In this document: piece after piece, positions 18,892 to 29,242 of the stretch
How the letters are laid out: the number at the start of each line of letters is the position of its first letter
How positions within the stretch are numbered: the stretch's first letter is position 1
NCBI GenBank assembly: GCA_022791135.1
Contig: JAAVYM010000020.1
Location: forward strand, 9,038 to 73,037
Direction: 5' to 3'
From: Oscillibacter sp.
Lineage (GTDB): Bacteria; Bacillota; Clostridia; Oscillospirales; Oscillospiraceae
DNA length: 64,000 nucleotides
The notes under the pieces: model-generated
Told to the model about the DNA's origin: nothing
Seen by the model: the letters and a program-made list of their open reading frames with translations, nothing else
The model's database searches: none
Translations under genes and position numbers: made by a program

Positions 18892-20000
18892 CGCTCGTCC
18901 CCCCACAAATTGGCGGATACGGACCGGGCCACGCTGGTCTTGGTCACGATGCCGGCGATGGTGCCGTCCTCATTCAGCACCACCACATAGGGTTCCTTGG
19001 ACTCCAGCAGATAGTCGAAGCACTCCTTGGCCTCGTCCCCCACCCGGGCAGTCCGGGCGGTCTGGCGGATGAGGGGTTCGATGCTGTTGAGGCCCTGGCC
19101 CCAGTGTCGGATGTCGCCGATGGACACCACGCCCAGATACCGCTTGTCCTGGTCCGTCACCAGCAGCGTGTCCACGCTGCCCCGGGCCATGCGCTCCGCG
19201 CACTCCAGCACGCCCCGGTTCTTCTTCACGCTGAGGACATTGGTCCGCATGAAGCTCTCCACCGTGGTGGGGCCGGGGTTTTCCGCCGTGTGCTTGCCCA
19301 GGAAGCTGCGCACCAGGTCGCTGGCGGGCCGCTCCAGCATCTCCTCCGGCGAGGCCATCTGCACGATGCGCCCCGCCTCCATGAAGATGATGGTGTCCGC
19401 CAGCTTCAGGGCCTCGCCCATGTCATGGGTGACAAAGACGATGGTTTTGTCCAGCTTTTGCTGGAGGTTTTTCACCTCGTCCTGCAGCGTCTCCCGGGTC
19501 ATAGGGTCCAACGCGCCGAAGGGTTCGTCCATCAGCACGATGGGCGGAGAGGCCGCCAGGGCCCGGAGCACACCGATACGCTGCTGCTGCCCGCCGGAGA
19601 GTTCTGAGGGGTACTTGTTGGCGTGCTGCTCCATGTCCACCATCCGCAAAAGCTCAGGCACCAGGGCGTCGCACTTGGCCTTGTCGTATTTCAGGAGCTT
19701 TGGCACCACGCAGATATTCTGAGCCACAGTCATGTTGGGAAACAGGCCGATCTGCTGGATCACATAGCCGATGTGCCGCCGGAGCTGGACCTTATCGGTG
19801 TCCCGGACGTTCTTGCCGTCGATGGAAATCGTGCCGGAATCCGGCTCGATCAGGCGGTTGATGGTTTTCAGCGTCGTGGTCTTGCCGCAGCCGGAGGGGC
19901 CGATCAGAACGACAAACTGCCCGTCGGGGATGGTAAAGGTCAGGTCCTTTAAGATTTGGGTCTTGCCATAGCTTTTGCTGACATGCTCAAATTGGATCAT
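18888..20000 (-). CDS. Osmoprotectant ABC transporter ATPase with CBS domains (OpuCA-like)
   Basis: GPSGCGKTT, GYVIQQIGLFP, LSGGQQQR, C-terminal CBS pair. Confidence 0.93.
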   Translation of the reverse strand: MIQFEHVSKSYGKTQILKDLTFTIPDGQFVVLIGPSGCGKTTTLKTINRLIEPDSGTISIDGKNVRDTDKVQLRRHIGYVIQQIGLFPNMTVAQNICVVPKLLKYDKAKCDALVPELLRMVDMEQHANKYPSELSGGQQQRIGVLRALAASPPIVLMDEPFGALDPMTRETLQDEVKNLQQKLDKTIVFVTHDMGEALKLADTIIFMEAGRIVQMASPEEMLERPASDLVRSFLGKHTAENPGPTTVESFMRTNVLSVKKNRGVLECAERMARGSVDTLLVTDQDKRYLGVVSIGDIRHWGQGLNSIEPLIRQTARTARVGDEAKECFDYLLESKEPYVVVLNEDGTIAGIVTKTSVARSVSANLWGDER

Positions 20001-20635
20001 GGGATTTCCTCCTTTGGCGCGAGTAGAGTGTGGGCCGCCTTGGCGGCGGCGGGGGAGCCTACCAGGACGATCACGTCCCCGGCGTAAAGCTCGGCGTAGG
20101 GGCCGGGGGAGAGGATGACGGTCTGTCCCCGGCGGATGGCAACCACCGTCCCCCCGGTGGACTGCCAGAATTTCAAGGCGCCGATGCTCCTGCCGATGAG
20201 GGGGGAATTTGCGGGCACGGGCACCTCATAATTCGGGAAGGGTTCGTGGGCCGAGGCAAAGCTGTCCTGGCTTTTGACCAGGGCGGCAGCGGCCTCGGTA
20301 ATGCGGCGGTGAAGCTCGGCCTCCTCGGCCAGCAGGGTCTTGAGCTTCTGGCGCAGGGAGCGGATGCCGGCGTCCCCCTCGAAGTTTTCGATGTAGCGAC
20401 GGGCGTTGTCGGCGGAGAGGACCACGGCCCCGCTCTGGGGCTTGACCTCTACCACCTTCATGTCCGCCAGGAGCCGCAGCGCCCGGCGGATGGTCTCCGG
20501 GGAGACGCTGTACTCCGAGGCCATGATGGACCGGCCGTAGACCCGGCTGCCCTCGGGCAGCTCTCCCCGGGCCACCCGGCCGGCCAGGTCCAGGGCGATT
20601 TGCAGATATTGGGCGGGGACGACTGTCTGCCTCAT
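19997..20635 (-). CDS. busR: GntR-TrkA_C (RCK_C) regulator, BusR-like
   Basis: YLQIALDLA..VSPETIRRA, FWQSTGGTVVAIRRG..SPGP; leads the osmoprotectant ABC operon. Confidence 0.8.
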   Translation of the reverse strand: MRQTVVPAQYLQIALDLAGRVARGELPEGSRVYGRSIMASEYSVSPETIRRALRLLADMKVVEVKPQSGAVVLSADNARRYIENFEGDAGIRSLRQKLKTLLAEEAELHRRITEAAAALVKSQDSFASAHEPFPNYEVPVPANSPLIGRSIGALKFWQSTGGTVVAIRRGQTVILSPGPYAELYAGDVIVLVGSPAAAKAAHTLLAPKEEIP

Positions 20636-21016
20636 AACGTTCTTCATCCTCCAGCAAGTGTGCAGTTGTTTATTGTTTTTATTATATACTGACAACTTTA
20701 AAAAGTAAACAAAGATGGTAGTTAAGATTTTGTAAACAATTTCCAAAGTCGATATATTTATCCATAAATTTTTCTGTTTTTCGACAAAATGCGCAAAAAT
20801 TTACCCCACCGTTTGCGGTCCTTCGCACCGCCGCGGAAAGCCGGGGCAATTCGGCGGGAGATAGGCGAAACTTTTTGCACCGCCGGAAGCTCCGCCCGAA
20901 AAAAGAACGGCAGGGCTGCTCGCCATGCCGTTCCGGAAGGGTTTTCAATTTTCCGAGCTTTACCGCGGGCCGCAAAGGGCGGCAGCGGCATTGGAGACGC
21001 CTCCTGCATGAAGCGC

Positions 21017-21841
21017 TTATTTCAGCGCCCCGTTTTTTTCGCAGGCCGCAATCACCGCATCCATCACCGCGCCGCGAAAACCCAACTCTTCCAGCTTCCG
21101 CACGCCCTGGATCGTGGAGCCGCCGGGGGAGCAGACCGCGTCCTTCAGCTCGCCGGGGTGCCGTCCCGTCTCCAGAATCAGCCGTCCTGCGCCTACCACC
21201 ATCTGGGCGGCAAACTCCAGGGCCTGGGGCCTGGGCAGGCCACAGGCCACGCCCCCGTCCGCCAGGGACTCGATAAACAGATCCACAAAGGCCGGGCCGC
21301 AGCCTGCCACGGCGCTGCCCGCATCCATCAGCGTTTCCGGAATTGCCGAGAAGCGGCCTGCTCCCCGCATTGCGTTCAGGAATACCCGCTCCTTCTCCTC
21401 CGTTACGCCGGGGCCGCGGGTGTAGAGAATCATCCCCTCGCCGATGGAGGCTGGGGTGTTGGGCATGATGCGCAAAACCGGGTAATCCCCCCCGGCCATA
21501 GCCTGGACGTCCGCTACGGAAAGGCCTGCCGCCATCGTGACCAGGACGAAGCGATTCTTTCGCGCCGCCAGGACCGGGGCGATCCCAGCCAGCATCTCAG
21601 CCATCATCTGGGGCTTTACCCCCAGGAAAAGATAGTCCGCCCACCCGGCGGCGCCGGCGTTATCCTGCACCTGGCAGGAAAGCTCCGCCGCCAGGGCCTG
21701 CGCCTTTTCCGGGGAACGGTTGGCGATGCGGATCGCTTCTCCGGGCATGGTCCGGCGGGCCGCGCGGACCAGCGCACCGCCCATGTTCCCCACGCCGATG
21801 AATCCCAGCTTCACCCCGCCGGGCACGTTATCGCAAATCAT
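21017..21841 (-). CDS. proC: Pyrroline-5-carboxylate reductase
   Basis: GFIGVGNMG, RIMPNTP, LKDAVCSPGGSTI. Confidence 0.96.
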   Translation of the reverse strand: MICDNVPGGVKLGFIGVGNMGGALVRAARRTMPGEAIRIANRSPEKAQALAAELSCQVQDNAGAAGWADYLFLGVKPQMMAEMLAGIAPVLAARKNRFVLVTMAAGLSVADVQAMAGGDYPVLRIMPNTPASIGEGMILYTRGPGVTEEKERVFLNAMRGAGRFSAIPETLMDAGSAVAGCGPAFVDLFIESLADGGVACGLPRPQALEFAAQMVVGAGRLILETGRHPGELKDAVCSPGGSTIQGVRKLEELGFRGAVMDAVIAACEKNGALK

Positions 21842-21915
21842 AAACTACCTCCCTGTCGTTTCCCGTGGAGGGCGGCCGCACCCTCCGCGCCCTTGCTGGT
21901 CCCTGCCTCTGGATC

Positions 21916-23163
21916 TCACCGCACCTGGCCCTCGCCGTAGATTACGTATTTGCAGCTGGTCAGCTCCTCCAGCCCCATGGGTCCCCGGGCGTGCATCTTC
22001 TGGGTAGAGATGCCGATCTCCGCCCCCAGGCCGAACTCTCCGCCGTCGGTGAAGCGGGTGGAGGCGTTGACGTACACCGCCGCCGCGTCCACCGCGTCTA
22101 AAAAGCGCTGGGCCTTGAAATAGTTCCTGGTGATAATCGCTTCCGAATGGCCGGTGCCGTGGGCATTGATGAAAGCGATGGCCTCCTCCGGGTCCTTCAC
22201 AGTCCGGACGGCCAGGATGTAGTCTCCATATTCGGCATCCCAGTCCTCCTCCGCCGCCGGGACGCCCCGGCTTCCCAAAACCGCCAGGGCCGCCTCGTCG
22301 CAGCGCAGCTCCACCCGGCATTGATCCAGAAGGGGGACCACCTTGGCCAAAAACGCCTCCGCCACGTCCTCATGGACCAGCAGGCACTCCACCGCGTTGC
22401 AGACCGAGGGGCGGGAGCACTTGGCGTTGTAGAGGATTTCCGCGCCCATGTCCAGGTCCGCCTCGCTGTCCACATAGATGTGGCATACCCCCTCGCCGGT
22501 GCGGATGACCGGAACGCTGGCCTCTTCCGCCACCGCCCGGATCAGCCCCGCGCCCCCCCGGGGGATCAGCACGTCCACATAGCCGTTCAGGTGCATCAGC
22601 TCCCTGGCCGTCTCGCGGCCGGCGTCCTGCACCAGGGAGATGCAGTCCTCCGGCAGGTCCGCCGCCCCCAGGGCCTCCCGCAGGGCAGACACCAGAGCCT
22701 GATTTGTCCGGAACGCCTCCCGGCCGCCCCGGAGGATGCAGACGTTGCCGGATTTCAGGCACAGCGCCGCCGCGTCCACGGTGACATTGGGCCGGGCCTC
22801 GTAGATGATGGCCACCACCCCCAGGGGGACCCGCCGCCGCCCGATGATCAGCCCGTTGGGCCGGGTCTCCATCTTATCCACCCGGCCGATGGGGTCCGGC
22901 AGGGCCGCCACCTGCCGTACGCCGGCCACCACGCCGGCAATCCGGCCCCCGTCCAGAGTCAGACGGTCCAGCATGGCCGGGCGTATGCCCGCCGCCCGGG
23001 CGGCGGCCAAGTCCTGCTCGTTGGCCGCCAGGATTTCCCGCCCGCGAGCCTCCAGGGCGCGGGCGATGGATTCCAGGGCGGCGTTCTTTTTCGCCGTCCC
23101 GGCGGTGGAGAGAAGATAACTCGCGGCCTTTGCCGCCTGTCCTTGCTGCTGCAGCGCCGTCAT
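21916..23163 (-). CDS. proA: Gamma-glutamyl phosphate reductase
   Basis: IYEARPNVT, RPSVCNAVE, NASTRFTDGGEFGLGAEIGISTQKMHARGP. Confidence 0.97.
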   Translation of the reverse strand: MTALQQQGQAAKAASYLLSTAGTAKKNAALESIARALEARGREILAANEQDLAAARAAGIRPAMLDRLTLDGGRIAGVVAGVRQVAALPDPIGRVDKMETRPNGLIIGRRRVPLGVVAIIYEARPNVTVDAAALCLKSGNVCILRGGREAFRTNQALVSALREALGAADLPEDCISLVQDAGRETARELMHLNGYVDVLIPRGGAGLIRAVAEEASVPVIRTGEGVCHIYVDSEADLDMGAEILYNAKCSRPSVCNAVECLLVHEDVAEAFLAKVVPLLDQCRVELRCDEAALAVLGSRGVPAAEEDWDAEYGDYILAVRTVKDPEEAIAFINAHGTGHSEAIITRNYFKAQRFLDAVDAAAVYVNASTRFTDGGEFGLGAEIGISTQKMHARGPMGLEELTSCKYVIYGEGQVR

Positions 23164-23975
23164 AGCGCGTCCCCCTTTCCTGCGGCGAGGAAGCGCGTGC
23201 CCGCGTCCTTCCCCTCCACAATGTCATACAGATCCTCCGGGCGGGCGCCGTTGGTGATGACCATGTCGCAGCCCGCCTCCATGGCAATCTTCGCGGCGGA
23301 GAGCTTGGTCGCCATGCCGCCGGTGCCCCGCCAGGTCCCCGCGCCCCCGGCCATCTCCAAAATCTCCGGCGTCAGCGCCGCCACGCGGCGGAGAAGCCTG
23401 GCATGCGGATCCCGCTTGGGGTCGGCCTCGTAAAGGCCGTCGATGTCGCTGAGAAGCACCAGCAAATCCGCCCGGCACAGCGCCGCCACGATCGCCGAGA
23501 GGGTGTCGTTGTCCCCCAGGACCTTGTGATGGCCCGTCTCGATCTCGGCAGAGGAGACGGAGTCGTTCTCGTTCACCACCGGGAGGATACCCAGCTCCAA
23601 AAGGCTGGCAAAGGTGTTGCGCAGGTGCTCCGCCCGGACGGGGTCCTCTACATCGTCGCCGGTGAGGAGGATCTGCGCCACAGTGCAGTTGTACTCGGAA
23701 AAAAGCTTGTCGTAAATGTGCATCATCCGGCACTGCCCCACGGCGGCGGCGGCCTGCTTCATCCGCAGCGCCCGGGGCCGCTCGTCCAGGCCCATCCGGG
23801 CCGTGCCCACGGCAATGGCCCCGGAGGTCACCAGGATGACCTCCCGCCCCGCCCCGCTGAGGTCCGCCAGCACCCGGACCAGGCGCTCCATGCTCCGAAG
23901 GTTCACGCTGCCGGAGCTGTGCGTCAGAGTGGAGGTGCCCACCTTGACCACCACCCGCTGTTTTTGTTCCCTCAT
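23160..23975 (-). CDS. proB: Glutamate 5-kinase (no PUA domain)
   Basis: VVKVGTSTL, VNEND, GDNDTLSA, GTGGMATKL. Confidence 0.96.
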   Translation of the reverse strand: MREQKQRVVVKVGTSTLTHSSGSVNLRSMERLVRVLADLSGAGREVILVTSGAIAVGTARMGLDERPRALRMKQAAAAVGQCRMMHIYDKLFSEYNCTVAQILLTGDDVEDPVRAEHLRNTFASLLELGILPVVNENDSVSSAEIETGHHKVLGDNDTLSAIVAALCRADLLVLLSDIDGLYEADPKRDPHARLLRRVAALTPEILEMAGGAGTWRGTGGMATKLSAAKIAMEAGCDMVITNGARPEDLYDIVEGKDAGTRFLAAGKGDAL

Positions 23976-24116
23976 GGTCTGCCTCCCGCCCCACGGGCAT
24001 GATTTCACTTCAGTATAACACGGCCCGGCAGAAAAGGGAACCCCAAAGCCCGCAAAGAAAAACGGCGGGCAGGCCCCGCCGTTTTTCCGTCCGGCAGCTC
24101 TGAAGGAAGCGCGGGT

Positions 24117-24323
24117 TTAACCAGCGCTTCCTTCATTCGCCTTCCGCTCCGCCCGGAACGCCTGAAACACCCGGATGACAGCATACAGGCACAGGGCCGT
24201 TACAGCGGTTTTGCCGATCAGCTCGGCGGTGCGGAAACCCAGAACGCCGCTCAGCCCCATCTGCGCCGCGATAATCGCCGCCAGCACCAGAACCACCGCC
24301 ACAACATATTTCATCGCCTTCAT
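24117..24323 (-). CDS. Small 2-TM hypothetical protein
   Basis: 68 aa, GGAGG RBS, two hydrophobic segments. Confidence 0.6.
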   Translation of the reverse strand: MKAMKYVVAVVLVLAAIIAAQMGLSGVLGFRTAELIGKTAVTALCLYAVIRVFQAFRAERKANEGSAG

Positions 24324-24508
24324 CACAATTTCCTCCGTTTCTGTTTTCGTTCTCTTGGAACTGATGCCAGTATACCAAAACACCGCCGGGGCTGCCATGG
24401 CTTCGCCTTACAATTTGCCGCCGTATCTTACAGTGCTGTAAGATTCCGGCCCGGAGGCGTGTATTTTCCGGAAAACTGCGGAAGCTAGAGGAGAAAGCGA
24501 GGGATTTT

Positions 24509-25228
24509 ATGACTGAACGCACCAAGAACACCGAGCCGGAAAAGGACAGCGCGGACGAGACCGCCCAGTCCGTCCTGGACTTTGGCTCCGCCATGACCGC
24601 CACGCCCCACGGGAACATCTACTGCCTTACCATCATCGGCCAGATCGAGGGGCACATGACCGCCCCCTCCGGGACGAAGACCACGAAATACGAGCACGTC
24701 CTGCCGCTGCTGGCCAAGCTGGAGGAGTCCGGCGAGGTGGCCGGGGTCCTGTTTCTGCTGAACACCGTGGGCGGCGATGTGGAGGCGGGTCTGGCCATCG
24801 CGGAGCTGATCGCCGGGATGACCACCCCCACCGTCTCCATCGTCCTGGGGGGCAGCCACTCCATCGGCGTGCCCCTGGCCGTGGCCGCCCGGCGGAGCTT
24901 CGCCGTGCCCTCGGCGGCCATGACCATCCACCCTGTTCGCATGAGCGGCACCGTCATCGCCGCGCCTCAGACCTACAGCTATTTCCAGCGGCTTCAGGAC
25001 CGGATCGTGGCCTTCGTGGCGGGGCACAGCCACATCGGCGCCGGAGACTTCCAAGATATGATGCTGCGAAAGGACGACATGGCCGCCGACGTGGGCAGCG
25101 TTATCTACGGCGAGGAGGCCGTGAAGCTGGGCCTCATCGACCAGGTGGGGGGACTCTCCGACGGCCTTCAGTGGCTCTACAGCGAGATCGACACGGGAAA
25201 GAAAAAGCGCAAGCGCAAGGCCACCTGA
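24509..25228 (+). CDS. tepA: TepA / ClpP-like protease
   Basis: IIGQIEGH, TTKYEHVLP, LNTVGGDVEAGLAIAE, GGSHSIGVP. Confidence 0.9.
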   Translation: MTERTKNTEPEKDSADETAQSVLDFGSAMTATPHGNIYCLTIIGQIEGHMTAPSGTKTTKYEHVLPLLAKLEESGEVAGVLFLLNTVGGDVEAGLAIAELIAGMTTPTVSIVLGGSHSIGVPLAVAARRSFAVPSAAMTIHPVRMSGTVIAAPQTYSYFQRLQDRIVAFVAGHSHIGAGDFQDMMLRKDDMAADVGSVIYGEEAVKLGLIDQVGGLSDGLQWLYSEIDTGKKKRKRKAT

Positions 25229-25439
25229 CCGCAAGGGGCCGGTCCTCCCGGCCCCTGGCCATAAAACGAAAAAGGACTGTGCGGCCTGATCGAGGGATCT
25301 GGCCCCACGGGCTATTTTGGCGCGGCTTCCTGTTGCCGGCCTTCTGGACGAAATCTTTATACGTCTTTTAGTAAAATATACTTGACAAATAGTCAAGCAG
25401 GTGCTATGCTGTGCTCACAAACGCAAGGAGGTTTTATTT

Positions 25440-25963
25440 ATGGATTCCTATCATGCCGGCGTAACGCTGGGGATCTTTGTGGGCATTGCCGCGGGCCTGT
25501 TTGTGCTGGCGCTGCTGTTTAAAAAAAGGTCCTGGATATGCATTTTGACGAGCGCCAGGAGCTGGCCCGGGGCAAGGCGTTTCAATACGGCTTCTTTACA
25601 CTCATCATCACCGCTTACGCCTACGGCGCCTCGGACATGATATTCGGGCGGTGGTGCGATGCTTTGGTGGGGGTCACCATCTGCCTGGCTGTCAGCATGT
25701 GCGTCTTCGCCGTCACCTGCATCCTGAAGGACGCCTACCTCAGCCTCCGGGAGAAGCCCCGGACCGTCATGACCATGTTCGCCCTGCTGGCCGCCATCAA
25801 CCTGGGCTTCGGCGCCATGTATGCCGTCTCCGGCGATCTGGTGGAGGACGGCGTGCTGACCTTCCGGGCGGTGAATCCCATCATAGGCGTTCTCGTCCTG
25901 GTCATTCTCGTCGTGTACATCGTCAATCATCTCCTCTGCTCCCGGGAAGAGGAGGCGGAATGA
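25440..25963 (+). pseudogene. Membrane protein (DERQ-type, HTH-associated) split by a frameshift in an A7 run
   Basis: RBS-led N-terminal frame (MDSYHAG..LLFKK) joins the DERQ frame only if A7 at 25521-25527 were A8. Confidence 0.7.
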
Positions 25964-26154
25964 AAAACCTCCGCTTAAAAGCCGCCCGGGCCGCCCTGGA
26001 TATGAGCCAGCAGCAGCTGGCCGACGCCGTGGGCGTCTCCCGCCAGACCATCAACGCCATCGAAAAAGGGGACTACAACCCCACCATCAAGCTCTGCGTT
26101 GCCATCTGCCGCCGCCTGGGCAAGACCCTGGACGAGCTGTTCTGGGAGGGCTGA
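25960..26154 (+). CDS. Cro/C1-type HTH transcriptional regulator
   Basis: MKNLRLKAARA..SQQQLADAVGVSRQTINAIEKGDYNP; ATGA overlap with the upstream gene. Confidence 0.93.
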   Translation: MKNLRLKAARAALDMSQQQLADAVGVSRQTINAIEKGDYNPTIKLCVAICRRLGKTLDELFWEG

Positions 26155-26332
26155 AGGTTGGACGCAAACGTTTGTGCATACAGATTTATCGAGAGCAGAC
26201 GGGACGTTTTTTGAAATTTTATGGAATTCTCACCTATTCAGGCGGGGTAGACTCTTGTATAATAAGGCCGCAAGGAAGTATCAACGTTTGTTTCCGGATT
26301 CCCAGAGGAGGAATCCGAAGGAGGAATTTCAT

Positions 26333-27769
26333 ATGCTGAGAAAAACAAAAATTATCTGTACCTTAGGACCCGCCGTGGACAATGAGGACAGCATCGTCGC
26401 CCTGATTAAGGGCGGCATGAACGGCGCCCGGTTCAACTTCTCCCATGGCAGCCACCCCGAGCATCTGGCCCGGCTGAACCTGCTGAAATCCGTCCGGGAC
26501 CGGATGGGCTGCCCCATTGCCACCATCCTGGACACCAAGGGGCCGGAAATCCGGATCAGGAGCTTTCAGGACAAAAGTGTGGAGCTGGAGGCTGGGAATG
26601 CCTTCACCCTCACGGTGGACGACGTGACCGGCACCGCCGGAAAGGTCTCCGTGACCTATCCCAGGCTGAACGAGGAGGTCTCCGCAGGGCAGCTCATCCT
26701 GATCGACGACGGGCTGGTGGCCGTCCGCGTACAGGAGGTCCGGGGCAGCGACATCGTCTGCCAGGTGGAAAACGGCGGGACCCTCTCCGCCAACAAGTCC
26801 ATCAACATCCCCGGCGCCCATATCCAGCTCCCCGCCCTGACGGAAAAGGACGTGGCCGACATCCGCTTCGGCGTGGAGAACGACTTCGATTTCATCGCCG
26901 CCTCCTTCGTCCGGCGGGCCGCCGACGTGGAAGCCGTGCGGGAGGTGCTCCGCCAGTGCGGCGGGGACAGCGTGAAGATCATCGCCAAAATCGAAAACCA
27001 GGAGGGCGTGGACAACATCGACGGCATCCTGGCCGCCGCCGACGGCGTGATGGTGGCCCGGGGCGATCTGGGCGTGGAGATCCCCGCCGCCAAGGTGCCG
27101 GCCCTCCAAAAGCAGATCATCCGCAAGGGCCTCCAGGCGGGCAAGCCCGTTATCACCGCCACCCAGATGCTGGACTCCATGATCCGCAATCCCCGGCCCA
27201 CCCGGGCGGAGGTCTCCGACGTGGCCAACGCCGTGTACGACGGCACCAGCTGCGTCATGCTCTCCGGCGAGACCGCCGGGGGCAGGTATCCCATCGAGGC
27301 CCTCAGCGCCATGGTGGAAATCGTCAGCGAGGCGGAGGGGTCCATCGACTATTGGAAGCGCTTCCAGAAGCAGCTGGTGGTCACGACCTCCAGCAACATC
27401 AACGACGCCATCACCCACACCTGCTGCCTCACCGCCAGGGACCTGAACGCCACGGCCATCCTGGCCGCCTCCAGCTCCGGCAGGACCGCCCGGATGATCT
27501 GCCGCTTCCGCCCCGCCTGCCCGGTGGCGGCCCTGACCATGCAGGAAAAAATCCGGCGGCAGCTGGCCATCTGCTGGGGCGTGATCCCCTTCCTCACCGG
27601 GGAGGTCAACTCCACGGACCGGATCTTCTCCCTCTCCAGCGAGGTTGCCGTGAAGGAGGGGCTGGTCCAGCCCGGGGACACGGTGGTCATCACCGCCGGC
27701 GTGCCCCTGGGACGGAGCGGGTCCACGAACCTGATCAAGGCCCAGGTGATCGAGGCCCCGGAGCACTGA
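26333..27769 (+). CDS. pyk: Pyruvate kinase
   Basis: RKTKIICTLGP, RFNFSHG, DTKGPEIR, MVARGDLGVE, ATQMLDSM. Confidence 0.98.
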   Translation: MLRKTKIICTLGPAVDNEDSIVALIKGGMNGARFNFSHGSHPEHLARLNLLKSVRDRMGCPIATILDTKGPEIRIRSFQDKSVELEAGNAFTLTVDDVTGTAGKVSVTYPRLNEEVSAGQLILIDDGLVAVRVQEVRGSDIVCQVENGGTLSANKSINIPGAHIQLPALTEKDVADIRFGVENDFDFIAASFVRRAADVEAVREVLRQCGGDSVKIIAKIENQEGVDNIDGILAAADGVMVARGDLGVEIPAAKVPALQKQIIRKGLQAGKPVITATQMLDSMIRNPRPTRAEVSDVANAVYDGTSCVMLSGETAGGRYPIEALSAMVEIVSEAEGSIDYWKRFQKQLVVTTSSNINDAITHTCCLTARDLNATAILAASSSGRTARMICRFRPACPVAALTMQEKIRRQLAICWGVIPFLTGEVNSTDRIFSLSSEVAVKEGLVQPGDTVVITAGVPLGRSGSTNLIKAQVIEAPEH

Positions 27770-27939
27770 GGGCCGCAGGCATGCAAAAAAGCGCTTCCCG
27801 CCGGGCGGGAGGCGCTTTTTGCCGCGGCCTGTGCAGTTGTCTCCCGCCCCCGGCTTCTTCCGCCAGGCCCCGCCCCTCGGAAATGCCGCCTGCTCCGGCC
27901 GGCGCGGCAGGCCGCGCCGCATCGCTGGAGGGCACGCGC

Positions 27940-28443
27940 TTAATAGGCACTGATCTCCATGTTCTCGTCGTCCTCGCCCTTCTCAATCCGCCGGATTTCC
28001 ACGAAGTATTTTACCGCGGGGCTGACCTCTACCGGAACCCGGTCCCCCACCCGCTTTCCCAGCAGGGCCTTCCCCACCGGGGACTCCTTGCTCACCAGGC
28101 CCTTCAGCGCGTCCTGGCGCAAGGTTGTCACCACCCGGACCTCCATCTCTTTTTTCGCCATCTCATTGTAGATCGTCACCCGGTCAAACAGCCCCACCGC
28201 GTCCGCCGCGCCCGCCACCTCAATGACCCTGGCGGTGCGGATCATCCGCTCCAGGTAGCGGATGCGGCTGTCGTTGCGGTTTTTCGCCTGCTTGGCGCAC
28301 TTATACTCGTAATTCTCGCTGAGGTCCCCAAAGGCCCGGGCGGTCTGGACCTCCTCAATCAGCTGGGGGCGGAGGACCTGGATCCGGTGGTCCAGCTCCT
28401 CCTGCATCTTCCTGATATCCACAGCCGTCAGCTCATCATACAC
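27940..28443 (-). CDS. greA: Transcription elongation factor GreA/GreB family
   Basis: ARAFGDLSENYEY, SKESPVGKALLG. Confidence 0.9.
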   Translation of the reverse strand: MYDELTAVDIRKMQEELDHRIQVLRPQLIEEVQTARAFGDLSENYEYKCAKQAKNRNDSRIRYLERMIRTARVIEVAGAADAVGLFDRVTIYNEMAKKEMEVRVVTTLRQDALKGLVSKESPVGKALLGKRVGDRVPVEVSPAVKYFVEIRRIEKGEDDENMEISAY

Positions 28444-28567
28444 AGCGGATCCCTCCTTTTTTACTGTCCTCCATCATAATCCACTCCGGCCCCCGCTGTC
28501 AAGACGGCCTTGACGGCGGGGGCCGGGAATGCTATCCTAGAAAAAGAACAACGGAAGGGGGAAGGCT

Positions 28568-29242
28568 ATGAAGCTCGCAGAGCTGCTGGAAATCCGGCCC
28601 GGCGTCACCGCCGTCATCGGCGGGGGAGGGAAGACCACCCTCCTGCGGGTCCTGGGGGAGGAGCTGGCGGCGGCGGGCGGCCGGGTGCTGCTCTGCGCCA
28701 GCACCAAGATATTCCCCTTTCCGGGGCTGGAAAACCTGGCGGACCCCGGCGAGGAGGCCCTGGCAAAGGCCCTGGAGGCCCGGCGCCTGGTCTGCGCCGG
28801 AAGCCCTGTCCCCGGTACAGGGAAGCTCACCGCCCCGGGCATTCCCATGAGCCGCCTGGCGGCGCTGGCGGACTACGTGCTGGTGGAGGCCGACGGCTCG
28901 GCCGGGCGGCCCTTCAAGGCCCACGCCCCCCACGAGCCGGTCATCCCGGCGCAGGCGTATCAAACGGTGTTGGTGGCGGGGGCCTCCGGCTTCGGGCGGC
29001 CTATCCGGGAGTGCGCCCACCGGCCGGAGCGTTACGCCCAGCTGGCCGGGGCCTCCCAGGACGACGCCGCCTCTCCGGAGACGGAGGCGGCGGTGCTGCG
29101 GGCGGAGGGGCTGCACGACCGGGTTTTCCTCAATCAGGTCGAAACGGGGAAGGACCGCCGCCTGGCCGCCGGGCTGGCGGCACGGCTGTCCTGCCCCGCC
29201 GCGGCGGGCGCGCTGCGGAGAAAGGAGTTTTTTGCATGCTAG
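28568..29242 (+). CDS. yqeC: Selenium-dependent hydroxylase accessory protein YqeC
   Basis: VIGGGGKTT, VLVEADGS..PFKAHAPHEPVIP. Confidence 0.9.
   Translation: MKLAELLEIRPGVTAVIGGGGKTTLLRVLGEELAAAGGRVLLCASTKIFPFPGLENLADPGEEALAKALEARRLVCAGSPVPGTGKLTAPGIPMSRLAALADYVLVEADGSAGRPFKAHAPHEPVIPAQAYQTVLVAGASGFGRPIRECAHRPERYAQLAGASQDDAASPETEAAVLRAEGLHDRVFLNQVETGKDRRLAAGLAARLSCPAAAGALRRKEFFAC

Noticed and set aside
25518-25529. Programmed -1 ribosomal frameshift at AAAAAAG
   Set aside because: The heptamer is not in the X XXY YYZ phase of the upstream frame (TTT AAA AAA AGG).
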